A stretch of DNA of 42,149 bases, taken from assembly GCF_000485595.1 (NCBI RefSeq), contig NW_014577089.1, forward strand, positions 89,222 to 131,370, in the 5' to 3' direction. The notes under the pieces are model-generated. The model searched no databases, had not been told where the DNA came from, and saw only the letters and a list, made by a program, of their open reading frames with translations. How positions within the stretch are numbered: the stretch's first letter is position 1; every line of letters starts with the position of its first letter. This DNA is from Priapulus caudatus. Its lineage: Eukaryota. The position numbers were made by a program, and so were the translations under genes. Below, in pieces: positions 26,170-38,455 of this stretch.

Positions 26170-28536
26170 GCTCCTCCCGCATCCCCCGCATGTAGCCGCG
26201 CGCGCAGTGCAATCAAAAATCAATGTGTAGCGCCCGCATCTGATGGTCGCGCTGCTAAACATCGCTTTGAACTCGCGCTGCAGCGTCGACGATGAAGCAG
26301 AAATAAACATTGCTGTCCGCACGTCTGCCTGCTCGCTGCTTCCCAGTTAGTAGAGGAGATCAGTATTTGAAATCATCGACGTAATCACAAGACTTAGTTG
26401 GGTGCATGCCGGAAATGAAATAATTATCTACACAGACGTATAGCGTCAACACAGTTCCTCGGCACCAGACCTGTCGACAGATGAGAGCTAACTGAATCAT
26501 ACTACAGTGCTATAGTAAGTACTATGATCATCCAGTGCGCAACGTATGCACCCATGTGACGTATGACGTAGAACGTGCCCGGCCTCTGCATTTGAACCTC
26601 TGAAAAGGAAACCTTCAAGAGGGACTTCGGCGATATCTGCATAGAATATCCATTCAAAATTTCTGCTGGACGACGATGAAAAATATAAATTGGAAAGAGA
26701 ATAAAATGTCAAAGTCAGCTTCACACGAATATACCGTTGATTTGGGGTCTAATTGCGATCGCGGCATCTTGGGAATAAGAAATAAGCAGTCTAAGTCATG
26801 TAATGGGGATAACAAGATTCCAACCTGTTACCCTGGGGCAACTGCCGCCAATTCTACTTGTTATTCGGCATTTATTGAACTACTTATACAAAACTGAGCA
26901 GCACTTGCTGTTTATCCAAGCAGTGTTTAAACATATGCCCTATGGGGACATCTGCATAATGCTCAGCGAGCAGGCTCAGATGCTGCCTACTCGGGTGGCT
27001 CGCTGGCCTTCAATAAAATCGGATTTCTATTAGCCTCTGTTTACTTCTACTCGCATTTCCATCTCGAGCAAAATCCCGTTTAAAAAGCGTCTCGGTTACG
27101 CAATCCGCCAACAATGTCAATCTCCTTTTTTTCAATATGTCGATCAATTAAAACAACACGGACGTGTTAATAGGGTGCACTGATGGATTTCTGAGTTCAC
27201 TTCGTCGTCAACTAAACTTCCCTTTCACGCGCGGACATATATAGATTGGACCACGTTAATGGAAGACACTGAATATATACTAGACCTGCCGCAATCCCAA
27301 TGCTGACCTGGCTCTGCTAATGTGCACGCGGGCTTCCGCGATGCCCAGGTGTAGACCGGAGTACGAACACATGCAGCTGTACACGCTGGGCCTTTCTAAC
27401 CCTTACCGAAAGAACACAGCGCGCGCGTAACACGCTGTTACGTAAACCGGACCTTAGTATAGAGCGTGCATTGCTCGTATAGATAGACTCTCCAAGCGTC
27501 GGAGGATGGACGGGATAAGCGGAGGTAATGACGGCTTTGTACGGCGCAGCGATATCTGCGATCGATTGATCTGGCGTATCAGCGAGTTGGACTGTTTGCA
27601 ATTCAGCATCACAATCTTCGCAAAGTAATAGCGGCGAGAAGCTCCATGAAATATAAATCAACTCATCAGATATACGCTATTTTCTTGCGCAAAAAAGCGA
27701 GCAAACAAAACAATACCCAACGCAAAAAAAACACATTGAGGACGACGTCAATAAACGGGTTATGACTGAAGACAGATGATGAAACATGACGCGGGAACAC
27801 GAAAAACGCGGCTAGACTATGCTGGGTGTAGCGAACCTAAAACCTAGACGTACACTAGTTAATAATGTATACTGATTGAGACATGCTATGCTACACCTGT
27901 ATAGGCAGCACACGGGCGGAAATCTCAATATAATAAAATGCCTCCATTGCATTACATCTGCTAACCGTGACAGTGCTGCTGTTACTCCATGAAGCGGTGT
28001 CAATCATGCACCAACTATTACGAACATGATATACGTCAGTATAGTACTTCCGACTCGTGTGCACTGCAGCCAACATCTACATGTACTATCACGACGGCAG
28101 CGTTAATACGCTATACAATCTACGCGCGTGTCTTTTGCATCGCTCGCCCTACACACAGAGAGATCTTTACATTCACTTAGTAGATGCACAGTATTTACAG
28201 CATGCTGGCAGCTTTCGTCTGCGCACGACCGCTGCTCGCTTCCGATACGAGCATGAAACGTGAAAACGCCTGTTTATCGCCTCGAAAAAATGCTACAACT
28301 GACTAAAAATTAGGGTCAGCACTTAAGCTGGAAAAATCAATTTACTGTTATGAATCATGGCCTATTATACTTTATACGGTACGTGTATAACAACGTAATG
28401 GATTTAACATCGCATGCCAGCACGCAACTGGCACAAATTCCGAAGCTCAGGCTTTTCATGCAGGGGGTGAAGAGGAGGGGCACGCAAATACGCGAGAGAG
28501 GCATAGAGGCAGTGTTGGCTGCCGTAAGCGTATGAT

Positions 28537-28989
28537 GGCGTGCGCGTGTGCATGTGCGCGGGCGTGTGGGTGTGCGCGCGTGTGTATGTGCGTGTGTCTG
28601 CGTGTGCGTGTGCGTGTGCGTGTGCGTGTGGCGTGTGCGCGGCGTGTGAATACGTGGCGGCGCGCGTGTCGATTATGTGTCACGAGCGTGTTTGTGCCCG
28701 TGTTCACGTGTGAAAACGTATCACGTTCTGTTTTTGTCTCCGCGTGCGTACGCGTGTGTGTGCTAAACACATAGTGCGTATGTGTGTATGTGTGCGTATG
28801 TGTGTATGTGTGCGTATGTGTGCTTACACATCAACATAGCACGTATACATGCATGCAATACATGCACGCACGCGCGCACGCGCGCACGCATTGTGTTTCA
28901 TTCCGCCTGCACGATAAGTCACGCAATCGCTAAATATTCTGCTAATTCTATATCCACGCCCGTACGCACTCACAACACACAGCACTACG

Positions 28990-29024
<35 letters not shown>

Positions 29025-29052
29025 CCACGCACGCACGCACGCACGCACGCAC
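28537..29052. repeat. (GT/GC)n tract followed by a complementary (AC/CACG)n tract
   Basis: GT-rich at 28537-28822, CA-rich at 28850-28890 and 28965-29052. Confidence 0.85.
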
Positions 29053-29425
29053 CTGCTGTCACCTCATGACTATGCCTGCCCGCTGCGAGGACAGGTAAAT
29101 ACGTGATACACCCCCATAGCCTCAGTCAGCTGTTTTCCCCCACTTAGACTGCGTGCGCGCACTCACAATGGGCCGGAACAAGCTGATGACCGACCGGCAT
29201 CTGCGTATGAAGAAGCTTTTACCTAATCAATACCCCGCGCGGCGCGCACACACAAAGCGCGCGACAGCTGACAGCAAGCCTGTACGTCGGTGGCTGGCCG
29301 CGGCAGCGAGCGCGCGCCTGCCTACTTCACCTGTAGTCCCGCACATATACAGATGTGGTGGCTACACACAAAGATAGAAGTGTGGTCACAGGCAAAGCCG
29401 ACGTCCGCGTCATACCTGTCACAAT

Positions 29426-29560
29426 GGGTCGTCACCATGAATCCCACAGCGGCTGGTTTCCACCACGGATCGAATCCTGGATCGTGACAGTGTATCCGAC
29501 AACAGGTTATTTTTCACAGAGGTTCGAACCTCGGGTCGTCACAATGGCTCTAACACTCTA
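29426..29560. repeat. Diverged about 54-bp tandem repeat containing tRNA T-loop/B-box-like motifs
   Basis: gg(g/a)tcgt(c/g)ac at 29426, 29479 and 29533. ggatcgaatcc at 29467 and ggttcgaacc at 29521. Confidence 0.55.
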
Positions 29561-30403
29561 TGTGTCCTCGCGCAAAACCTCTAAAATGTGACTCAACGTA
29601 CCGGTTACGATCGGTCATCGCCATATCTACAACGATAAGCCTTTACCGAGACACGAATCCTGGATAATGATCCTAAACCTTCTAGTTCTCCCCCATCTGA
29701 TTAAAGCCGGGTATTTTCCATGATACTCTAGGCTCTGGGGGGAAGGGGTTCGTGTACATTACTCTTTTAGAGCAAAACCTTCTATTTTCTCATTCCTTAT
29801 GGTAAGACTCTCAAAAAAAGTTTCGGTAACACCTCCAGGTCAAGTACGTTTTTTCTGTACAGCCCATTGTGTGATTTTCGGTTAGGCGCCAAAGTGAAAA
29901 AATGACAATATTGAAGTTTTCGTTACGTTACGATTCGAACTTTGTATTTATACACGCCACCACGTTACACTTTCCCAGACGCATAGTTGCCGCGGGTAGA
30001 CACGAAGTATAGATGCGGGCAAACAATAGTTAAACGTTGCAGGAGCTTCAATTCACCGCCGCGGCCATATTACTGCAGAACAAACATCACGACGTCATTG
30101 TAACCGCGTTATTTACTCTACCGCGATATCGAATTCTTGTCGTGGAAAAATACAATTTCGCTGACCACGAAATGACACGATCGAATGATTAGTATATAGC
30201 GTCTATACATGCGTGCGCGTTTATAAACGATGTCACTTCCTATCATCTAACAGATTCGATCACGTTTCCAGGTGGACGCCCAAACACAAGCCCAGCATTC
30301 AGTAACTGCACACAGTATAAATAAATAAATAAATAAAAAAATAATAAAAAAAATAGGAAAACGCAGCTGTCAGTCAGCATCAGTGGGCATTCTCATCGCA
30401 TGC

Positions 30404-30454
30404 ACGCGTTATGGCATACACGCGTTATGGCATACACGCGTTATGGCATACACG
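30404..30454. repeat. 16-bp tandem repeat x3
   Basis: acgcgttatggcatac repeated three times. Confidence 0.85.
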
Positions 30455-30590
30455 TACGCGCGCGCGCCGTGAATCCCGCGCATGACGGCGTCGGTCGGCA
30501 GCACGTCGCACGTCGACGAGCCGCAATCTCGAGCAACAAACGTCAACATGTCACGGCCAGCTCGTGCCGTATGGCGCGCGCACTCAGGCG

Positions 30591-30665
30591 CGTCGCTGAC
30601 GGCCCGCGTTGACGCGACGCGACGCTTCCCGTCGCTGACGGCCCGCGTTGACGCGACACGACGCT
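30591..30665. repeat. 39-bp tandem duplication
   Basis: cgtcgctgacggcccgcgttgacgcgac(g/a)cgacgct occurs twice. Confidence 0.85.
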
Positions 30666-32128
30666 GTCCGTCGGCTGACAGGAGCCGGCGGTAGACGCTG
30701 GAGTCGATGCCGGCCTCGTGACAGGGCCGAGCAAATTTTTCGTCACTCATTAACGGCTCGTAAGCTTGAAATCAGCGGTGGAATGAAACGAAGCAGCAGC
30801 GAAAGTAGCGCGAAAATATACAGACATAGCAGTCGGCGTCGGCGACGCAGACGAAGAGGCGTGTGACGCGCCGACTTTTTAATCTCTCCGAGTTAGGCAA
30901 CGCAAATAGAAATTTAATCGCGTGTAAGACACCGAGGCAGACCTATCCCCACCGCCCCCCGAGACTAAAATACACACAAAGCAAATACAACAGGTCAAAC
31001 GCATCGGCGCAAAATGTGATTCGGTCGAAAGAAATGATGTATGATCGCAATTTACCTGTCGACAAAAATCGGAAAAAGATGACAAATGGTTGCGGGCTTC
31101 ACTCATGCGGGTGAAGCTGCCTGCATGTATACCGACGCATTCCTCTTCAATAACAATTTACCTTTCCAAACATGCATGTGTGACAGAGAGAAAGCGTACT
31201 GCACGTGAAAAAAGACGACAGAACTCGTTAACATCAGTCGTTCTATGCGCACGTATCCAGCACGCCAAGGTCATTATTTTGCATATAGTAGTAAAACCGA
31301 GAGAAGCCGATAGCGCAATTCCGATTCTTCTTTCCTCGCTTCCTGGCAGGTATCAGCGAAGCTCTGTTTGGCTAACGCATTAGCAAACAGAAATCTAAGC
31401 CAATTTCGATGCAAAACATTTCGGACACAAAAGCCAATTCGGACAAAGTGTAGGAAAACAAAAGGCAAGCCAGCCACGAAAGTCAATATTTGTGCAGCGC
31501 CGTTCGCAAACAAGTTACCATTGAGGGAGAAAACAGCGAGCAAACTGGCTAGAAACGAATGCCGTTCTTCCACGATGAGGTTATTAAAGCATTCTTTTCA
31601 GCGCCAGCATCCGAAACAAGCTAACTTTATTAACACAGACATTCGCGTACGCACGAACGCACGCGCGCACGCAGACAAACACGTGCGTGTATGCGCGCGC
31701 GCACGTAACGCACGTACACTCATGCTGTTCTCACTCTACTGTCTCTCTCTGTACGACCACAAGCTGCAGCACGCACGATCGCAATAAATAAAGAAAGGGG
31801 AAGATGGAGAAGAAGAGGGAGAGCGAAAGATAGAGCGAGCGAGCGAAAGATATGCACAGAGAAATATATATATACATATACTGATATATGTATGTATATA
31901 TATCAGTATATCTATACATGTTGCTCTGTGTATATCTTTATAGAGGGAAGAGAGGAGGAAAGGAGGGAGGAGCGGAGGGACAGAGAGAGAGAGAGAGAGA
32001 GAGAAGAAGAGAGAGAGAGCAGAGAGATGAGAGAGAGAGAGCGAAGAGAGAGAGAAACGAGAAGAGACAGAGAGAGCCGGAGAAAGAGAAAGAGAAGAGA
32101 GAAAAGAGAGAGAGAGAGAGAGAGAAGA

Positions 32129-32159
<31 letters not shown>

Positions 32160-32160
32160 G

Positions 32161-33690
32161 AGAGACAAAAGAAGAGAGAGAGACAAAGAGAGGAGAGAGA
32201 AAGAGAGACAGAGAGAGGAGAACGCGCGCGCGCACAGGTCCGCCGGTTAAACCCATGCGCTGGTCAATTATGTAACACTCTACCTGTGCATCGCGCGTGA
32301 TGCAGCCAAACACCCCGCAAATGAACAGGTGCGCAACCATGTCCGCGTCATCGACGAACTTTCACCGCACCCATTATCGCACCTTCACTCGCGACTTCAC
32401 CTGTTTACAGGGCTCTGGCGAAAGTACCATGCGCATCGTGCAAGTGAGATGACAACTCTTAGTTTTGATGAGTGACGGGGAAGACCGAGTTCGATGCATA
32501 CCCGCTTACCAATGATGTTAAAAGCAGCATACGCACAAAACGCTTCTGTTACCGAATTTTGACAAGATCCTGTCTTTCTCCGCAGCTTATGCGCCCGCCA
32601 CCGCCGCCGTGTCACAAGGTATATACACGATAGTATCAACATTAAAATGCATTCGATCGACGCTTTCATCGAGACGTAGCGGTTGAACGATGCGTCGTTC
32701 AATTCCGATAAGCATCCTGAGGCTGAGTGCGACAAGACATGTGCTTCTAGTGATGAATAAGAGACCGTTGCTTCATGTAAATCCGGCGTACGCTAACGCA
32801 TAACGCGCTGTTGTTACGTAACGTTAGGCAGAGGTCCGGCGACCATGCATCCGCGGGATTACTCGCCACACAACAGACGAGAACGAACGACGACGACGAC
32901 GACGACGACGACGCGAACGACGACGACGACGACGACTACGCGCAGCGGGTGCGCGAATTCCTATATTGTGTTTAGTCGCGGGCTCTCAGCTGCAAATCCG
33001 GGACCGGATTTCAGTACGTCACTCCAAAGCCGGATGTGTCGGGTCGATCAAGGAAACGTAGTTGTCAGCCCCGCACGGCGTGCGAGCGGCGGGCGACTCA
33101 ACGCTTTCATGAGTTTGTACGGCTTATGAGGCGCACATAATTTTGCGCGCATGTGAAACCAAATTTCACGATGCATAAATGCAACGCGATCGTGGGATCA
33201 TATCAAGGATTAGCGATGACGTACCGAGTAATTTATATTAAGATGTAAACAAAAACACGAATTCGACAGTTGCCTTGCCTACGTATCATATGAATTTATC
33301 GCGCTGTAACGAAATTAAATTGACTTTCGAATTTGCGCTGAGCACATGCGGCTTGCCCGTGGCATAACACGGCCTAACACATTTTGTTACGGGGACATGT
33401 GTAGACTCTTTCTATTTAATATATTATTTCGCCTCTGCGCATATACTCCAGTCCTATACGTCCGTGATAAAAATAGCACGAATCCACGAAACGTCACAGA
33501 GACGCACTGCGCAACCGCCAAAATTTTGAAGGAAATTATGATTGAGTTAACTAACGGTCCCCTGATGACTACACGTCAACCGACGAATACGTCAGGCGGC
33601 TGCACGCTGAACTGCGCGAGTGCACACGAACGCCATCGCTCTCATCTGCGCGCAGTTAAAGACTGGCACGCCACCACCGCACGTACGCAC
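32161..33690 (+). repeat. Duplicated segment copy A (homologous to 40688-42149), preceded by a GA tract from about 31940
   Basis: Colinear with copy B from ...ggagaacgcgcgcgcgcaca to ...ctctcatctgcgcgc, including the (GAC)n tract. Differences are mostly 1-bp indels. Confidence 0.92.
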
Positions 33691-33956
33691 ACACCGTTCA
33701 CGCAGCACCCACACACGCCCGTACCACACACGCACGCACACGCACGGCGCGCCGGGGCACGCACGGCACGCACAGCACACATCTGTGTGCGCAGACACTA
33801 CACGTTCTTTCCCGTGCACACGAATATTCAAGATGCGCGAGATTTCAGGATAAACGATTGTCGGGTTACTGTCGCGCAGCATTCGTCAGACGAACAACCG
33901 CCGTCGACGCGACGTGCAACCGTCACCTCTCCGCCGCCTGACACTCACTATAGGTG

Positions 33957-34249
33957 CAACATGCTCTGCTAGCATCTATGACAAATACGACATATGCATA
34001 TACGCTCTCCTATGACACTATTTGTCATAGGAAGATTCTTCCTATGACAAATGTTGGCGAGTCAACTTCGTTCCGCTTTACAGCTGAAATTCACTGCTTG
34101 CGTTCATAATAGCGCTGCTAAACTCCTATGATGCGCACAACACATACATCAATATTTGTCATAGGAAAAATCTTCCTATGACAAATAGTGTCATAGGAGA
34201 GCGTATATGCGCATGTCGTATTTGTCATAGATGCTAGCAGAACAGGCTG
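33957..34249 (+). mobile_element. Foldback MITE copy 3 (most intact), 100-bp TIRs, 7-bp TSD ATAGGTG
   Basis: Arms 33957-34056 and 34150-34249 are near-perfect reverse complements with a 93-bp spacer. ataggtg at 33950-33956 and 34250-34256. Confidence 0.92.
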
Positions 34250-35597
34250 ATAGGTGGCATACAACAGTAGCCTTCCGCCAATTGCACTATTTCGTCTTTG
34301 GAAAAGGCCTTCTTTTGGCTTTTATTGCGGTAGAATTCGGAACAACTAGAGTGCACTAATTTGCATTATTCACGCTGGGTGGATGTCTCGTGGCCGTTAG
34401 AAGGCATTAGAATTGATATTAGTCTTGTCGTGTAATTGTGCCATTGCGTCAAGTGGTGTAACCCTGGTGACCGGTCCTCCATTTTTATGTTTGATAGGGC
34501 ATCCGACTACTTTCTAGAAATGCACATCATTTAGCTGGCAAAAGCTTCGAGCGGGTGTTTAAACATTGAACCTGAGTTTAATTAGCATAAATAAAGTGCG
34601 TGTTGTGTATGCGACGAAACTAACTGAGTATTTTTAATTAATTTCTGTTCGATGCTTATTCAGGCCTGCTGCCTATGGACGCCCTCTACTGTTGTACAAT
34701 ACCTATGACGGCGGCGCTCTATACCGCCATTATTGACATGTTTACGACTTCTCCGCCGGCACGATATGCGCAGCGGCTTTCAGGGCGCCGTCAACGCTGC
34801 ACGTTGCGCGCGCTGCTCAACACTTCCCCCCTCCCGCTCCTTTAACTCACTCTCCTCCTGCGCACGCAGAAACACACGCACTCGCTGATGAGGTGACCGA
34901 AGCGGGACGTCGCCGCGTGCGACGACAGTTAATTTAGCTAGTCAGTGCCGCGGACGGCAGCGCGCCGAATTGGCCTAATATCTGCGAGAACGCACGCCGC
35001 GCCATTCACGCAACATTGATCCCTTTACGGTGTGCGCCAGCACCTAGTCAGGTGAAAAATCAGCGACAAGCATCGAGCAAATAGTCGGCGGCGGCAAATG
35101 AGTGCAACAGGCTCTCCTACTGTTAACTGCTGAGTAAGGGACGGGGGTGGCTGCTAGGGCGCACTGTTCGGTATAGCTTTGGTTCGTTTTCGGTATGGCA
35201 AGTTCCTTACGATTCCAGTGCGTATTTTTTGTGATGATTTTGTATGTAATGTTAGATTGTATGATGCGCGTGGGAGTGTCGATTGCGATACACCAATGCG
35301 GTACATCTGTAGTAGAAGACTGTTGTAATAGACGTTACACTGTATTAGACTCAGCAAGTTCGACCTGGTCACGTACGCAAACTGGTACATTCCACTCCCT
35401 AATTTCTCTCGCTCACTCTCGCTCTTCTTTCTCTCTTTCTCTCTCTATCGCTCTATTTCTCGCTCATACGCACCCTCAATCACGCGCGCGCCCACACACG
35501 CAAACGCACGCACGCATGCACGCCACACACACACGCACACACAATTAGTCTCTCTCTTCCTCCCACTTTTACAGCTTGCATCTTACCAACCCCTTCC

Positions 35598-35622
35598 NNN
35601 NNNNNNNNNNNNNNNNNNNNNN
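35598..35622. other. 25-bp assembly gap
   Basis: N run. Confidence 0.95.
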
Positions 35623-37397
35623 CCTAATATGAGCCCTAGTTCATAAGTGGACACATTAAGCGAAATGGCTCGTTCTGCGATCGTTTCACATTAGCCTTAA
35701 CCTGGTTATCGTGTTGGGCGAAAATATATCAAGCGCGTGTTGAATTAGAAAGAACGATCGGGCATTCGGTCGTTCTGGCGGGGAAAACGTTCTCTCGCTC
35801 ATCCTAAGATGGATATCGACTAAAAAAAAACGCGCAAAAAGTTCGTCATCGTCGTTCTCGTGACGTCTTCGGCGAGTTTCGCGTTCTGTCCATTAGCGGA
35901 GGCCTGAAGAGTTGTAGTCGCGCTGAACGCGGAAGCCAATCAGCGACGGAGACGCAGAGAGAGTCGAATGAAGTTAGCAACTGAGCAGCTGTTTTCCATA
36001 TACCACACTCCTTCTATGGCTGACCGAGGCCCCTCGATGACGCGGGCGTGGTTCGCTTGATTTAATGACGAGCCGTAAGGAAACGCGTCGAGGCCACATG
36101 GTTGAAGGTACCCGTCCTACGCTTCGGGGCATGTTAGCGGGATTTGTTGTGACGCACGCGTCGCGGTCGACGTGTGGCTTGTCTAGGCAGCGCCGGCCAG
36201 CGCGAATGAATTCACAGCTCGCGTGGCTTTCGTTTAACTCATCTAGCGAGATCGGGTTACATCACACAGATGCGCCTGTGGCGCGCTTTTAGAGATTTGC
36301 CCTCCTCTTCCCGTGCTCACTGCGCAATAGTCTAGCCCCCAAATGTGTACTTGCAGCGAAAAATGTTATATTTCGGTTGAGTTTCATTACTTCTTGGCTG
36401 AAGTACCCAGCGACGTGACCTCTGTGGTCGTAAACCACTCGTGCTGTGGTCCGAATGGGATATGCAGCAACGGGTAAATAGGCATTCTTACCTACCGACC
36501 AGACTGCGCCTTAGCAACTTCAGCGAAAACGCAGCACGCGCTTCAGTAGGCTACTGGCGCCTTAGACAAGAATGGACGCCGCTTCCGTACTCGCAGGAGA
36601 GGCTGGCGAGGTCAGTTCGCGTGGCGCGTCTCTCGGTGTCAGAGGGCATGCGCAGGATGCAGTGACCGTGAACTCGCGACCTTCCCGCTTGCGCGGTGAT
36701 GGAGTCAGCGTTGGCGCGTGAACGCCCCGGCGTCCTGCCTGCCGCGTCTGATTGTAATCAGCCGTGTCAAATATTTCCTCAGCGCTCTCTACTATTGAGC
36801 TTACGCGGCGTCGTAGCACGCGCATGTACGCCGCTACTCGCAGCGTAGCGCGTGCGGAGTACACTGCTACTAATAGCTTCTAATGCGACGATGAAGACAT
36901 GGGGGTGGGTGGGGTAGAAGCGATTTCTCGAAGGCGATTGGGAGAGGAGGGATGGACTGCGCGTGCTTCCGGTGTTCACGGAACGCGGACCGGTCTTTCA
37001 GTGTCTTGCGAAGGCGGAATCACAGAGGGGCAAGCACGTGTCTATAATCGGGCTTCATCCAGTGGGAGCTGTCTGCGCCGCTGCTCGCTCGCGCGCTACC
37101 TCCCCACCGCGACGTGGCTGCACTGCCTGCCTGCCGCGGCGAGTGGAGCGTGTCAATATTTGATGGAAATTGGCGAGCACTCTTGTGCGCGATATGCAGG
37201 CGAATTCCTCATATTATGCATTCATAAGCTTTCGTGTTTAAATGAATAATTTCGGCCGCGGTATGTATTTCTGTATATTTTACAACACGACGCGCGTTTT
37301 CGGCAATGTGTAGCGTAAGGTAGATTGGCGCCGCGCGTCGGAGAAAGGGTGCGAGAGGAGGGAGAGGCGGACGCCCATCAACAGAGGGCGCTGATTA

Positions 37398-38455
37398 GCC
37401 TCCACCCACCGCCAGGGCGGCTCCCGGTTACTTCCACCCACCGCCAGGGCGCGCCGGTTACTCCCACACCGCCAGGGCGCCCCAGTTACTGTCGCACCAC
37501 CGCCAGGGCCGCGCCGGTTACTTCCACCTCCCACACCTCCAGGGCGCGTCGGCTTACTTCCCAGTCCACCGCCATGCGGCGCGCCGGTTACTCCCACCCA
37601 CCGCAGGGCGAGCCGGTTACTCCACCACCGCCAGGGCGCGCCGGTTATTCCCACGCAACCGCCAGGGCGGCCGGTACTTCCCACGCACCGCCAGGCGCGC
37701 CGGTTACGGGACACGTACCGTCAGGGGGCGCCGGTTACGTCACATCCACCATCAAAGGGCGCCAGGTACTGAACCCACGCAAGGGGGAGCATGTACATGA
37801 CCACCTCGTCAGCAGAGGCACCAGCTACGTTGAACACCCATCGTTGGGGCACCGCATACGTGACACCCATCGTTTGGGGCACGTTACGTGACAGCCTTTG
37901 CGTTTGGGGGCACCAGCTACGTGACACCGATCGTTTGGGGCACCAGCTACGTGACACCCCCCGTTGGGGGCACCAGTTACGTGACACCCATCGTTTGGGG
38001 GCACCAGGCTCGGACACCCATCTTTTTGGGGCAGCCAGGCTACGTGACACCATCGTTTGGGTCACCAGCTACGTGACACACCCCCGTTTGGGGCACCAGC
38101 TACGTGACACCCCGCCGTTTGGGGCACCAGCTAGCTGACACCCACGTTTGTGGCACCAGTTACGTGACACCCATCGTTTTGGCGGCACCAGCTACGTGAC
38201 CGCATCGTTGGGGGCCACCAGCTACGTGACAGACCCCCGTTTGGAGCAACCAGCTAGTGACACCCCCCGTTTGGGGCACCAGTTACGTGACAGCCCATCG
38301 TTTGGAGGCAGCCAGCTACGTGACACCCATCGTTGGGGCAGCTACGACACCCGTGGGGCACTACCTGACCCTCGTTTGTGGGCACCAGCTACGTACACCA
38401 TTCGTTGGGGACGGAGGTGGCCAGTTTGGGGCAGTTACCGCCAGTTTACGTGACC
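37398..38455. repeat. Composite about 30-bp minisatellite: type A ccgccagggcgcgccggttactcccacca (37398-37770) grading into type B ggggcaccagctacgtgacacccatcgttt (37815-38455)
   Basis: About 11 A units and about 20 B units, with hybrid units at 37700-37850 and many 1-bp indels. Confidence 0.9.

Noticed and set aside
25955..26322. Poly-Ala, poly-Ser and poly-Leu ORFs
   Set aside because: Translations of a CAG/TAG microsatellite, with no flanking domain or clear exon structure.
31350..31787. Plus-strand basic ORF after a strong pyrimidine tract
   Set aside because: The cag|gtatca site is ambiguous between acceptor and donor, the downstream donor is weak, and there is no homology or linked exon.
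34279..34365. miR-92-like seed aattgcact
   Set aside because: No convincing precursor hairpin. I recognised no conserved miRNA, tRNA, snRNA or rRNA anywhere in the window by eye.
35860..36060. Promoter-like motif cluster (tgacgtc, cggaag, ccaatc, gggcgtgg)
   Set aside because: Short motifs with no associated transcript or first exon, in a region of suspect consensus quality.
37815..38455. CRISPR-like periodic array
   Set aside because: Units are contiguous with no unique spacers, there are no cas genes, and the context is eukaryotic.
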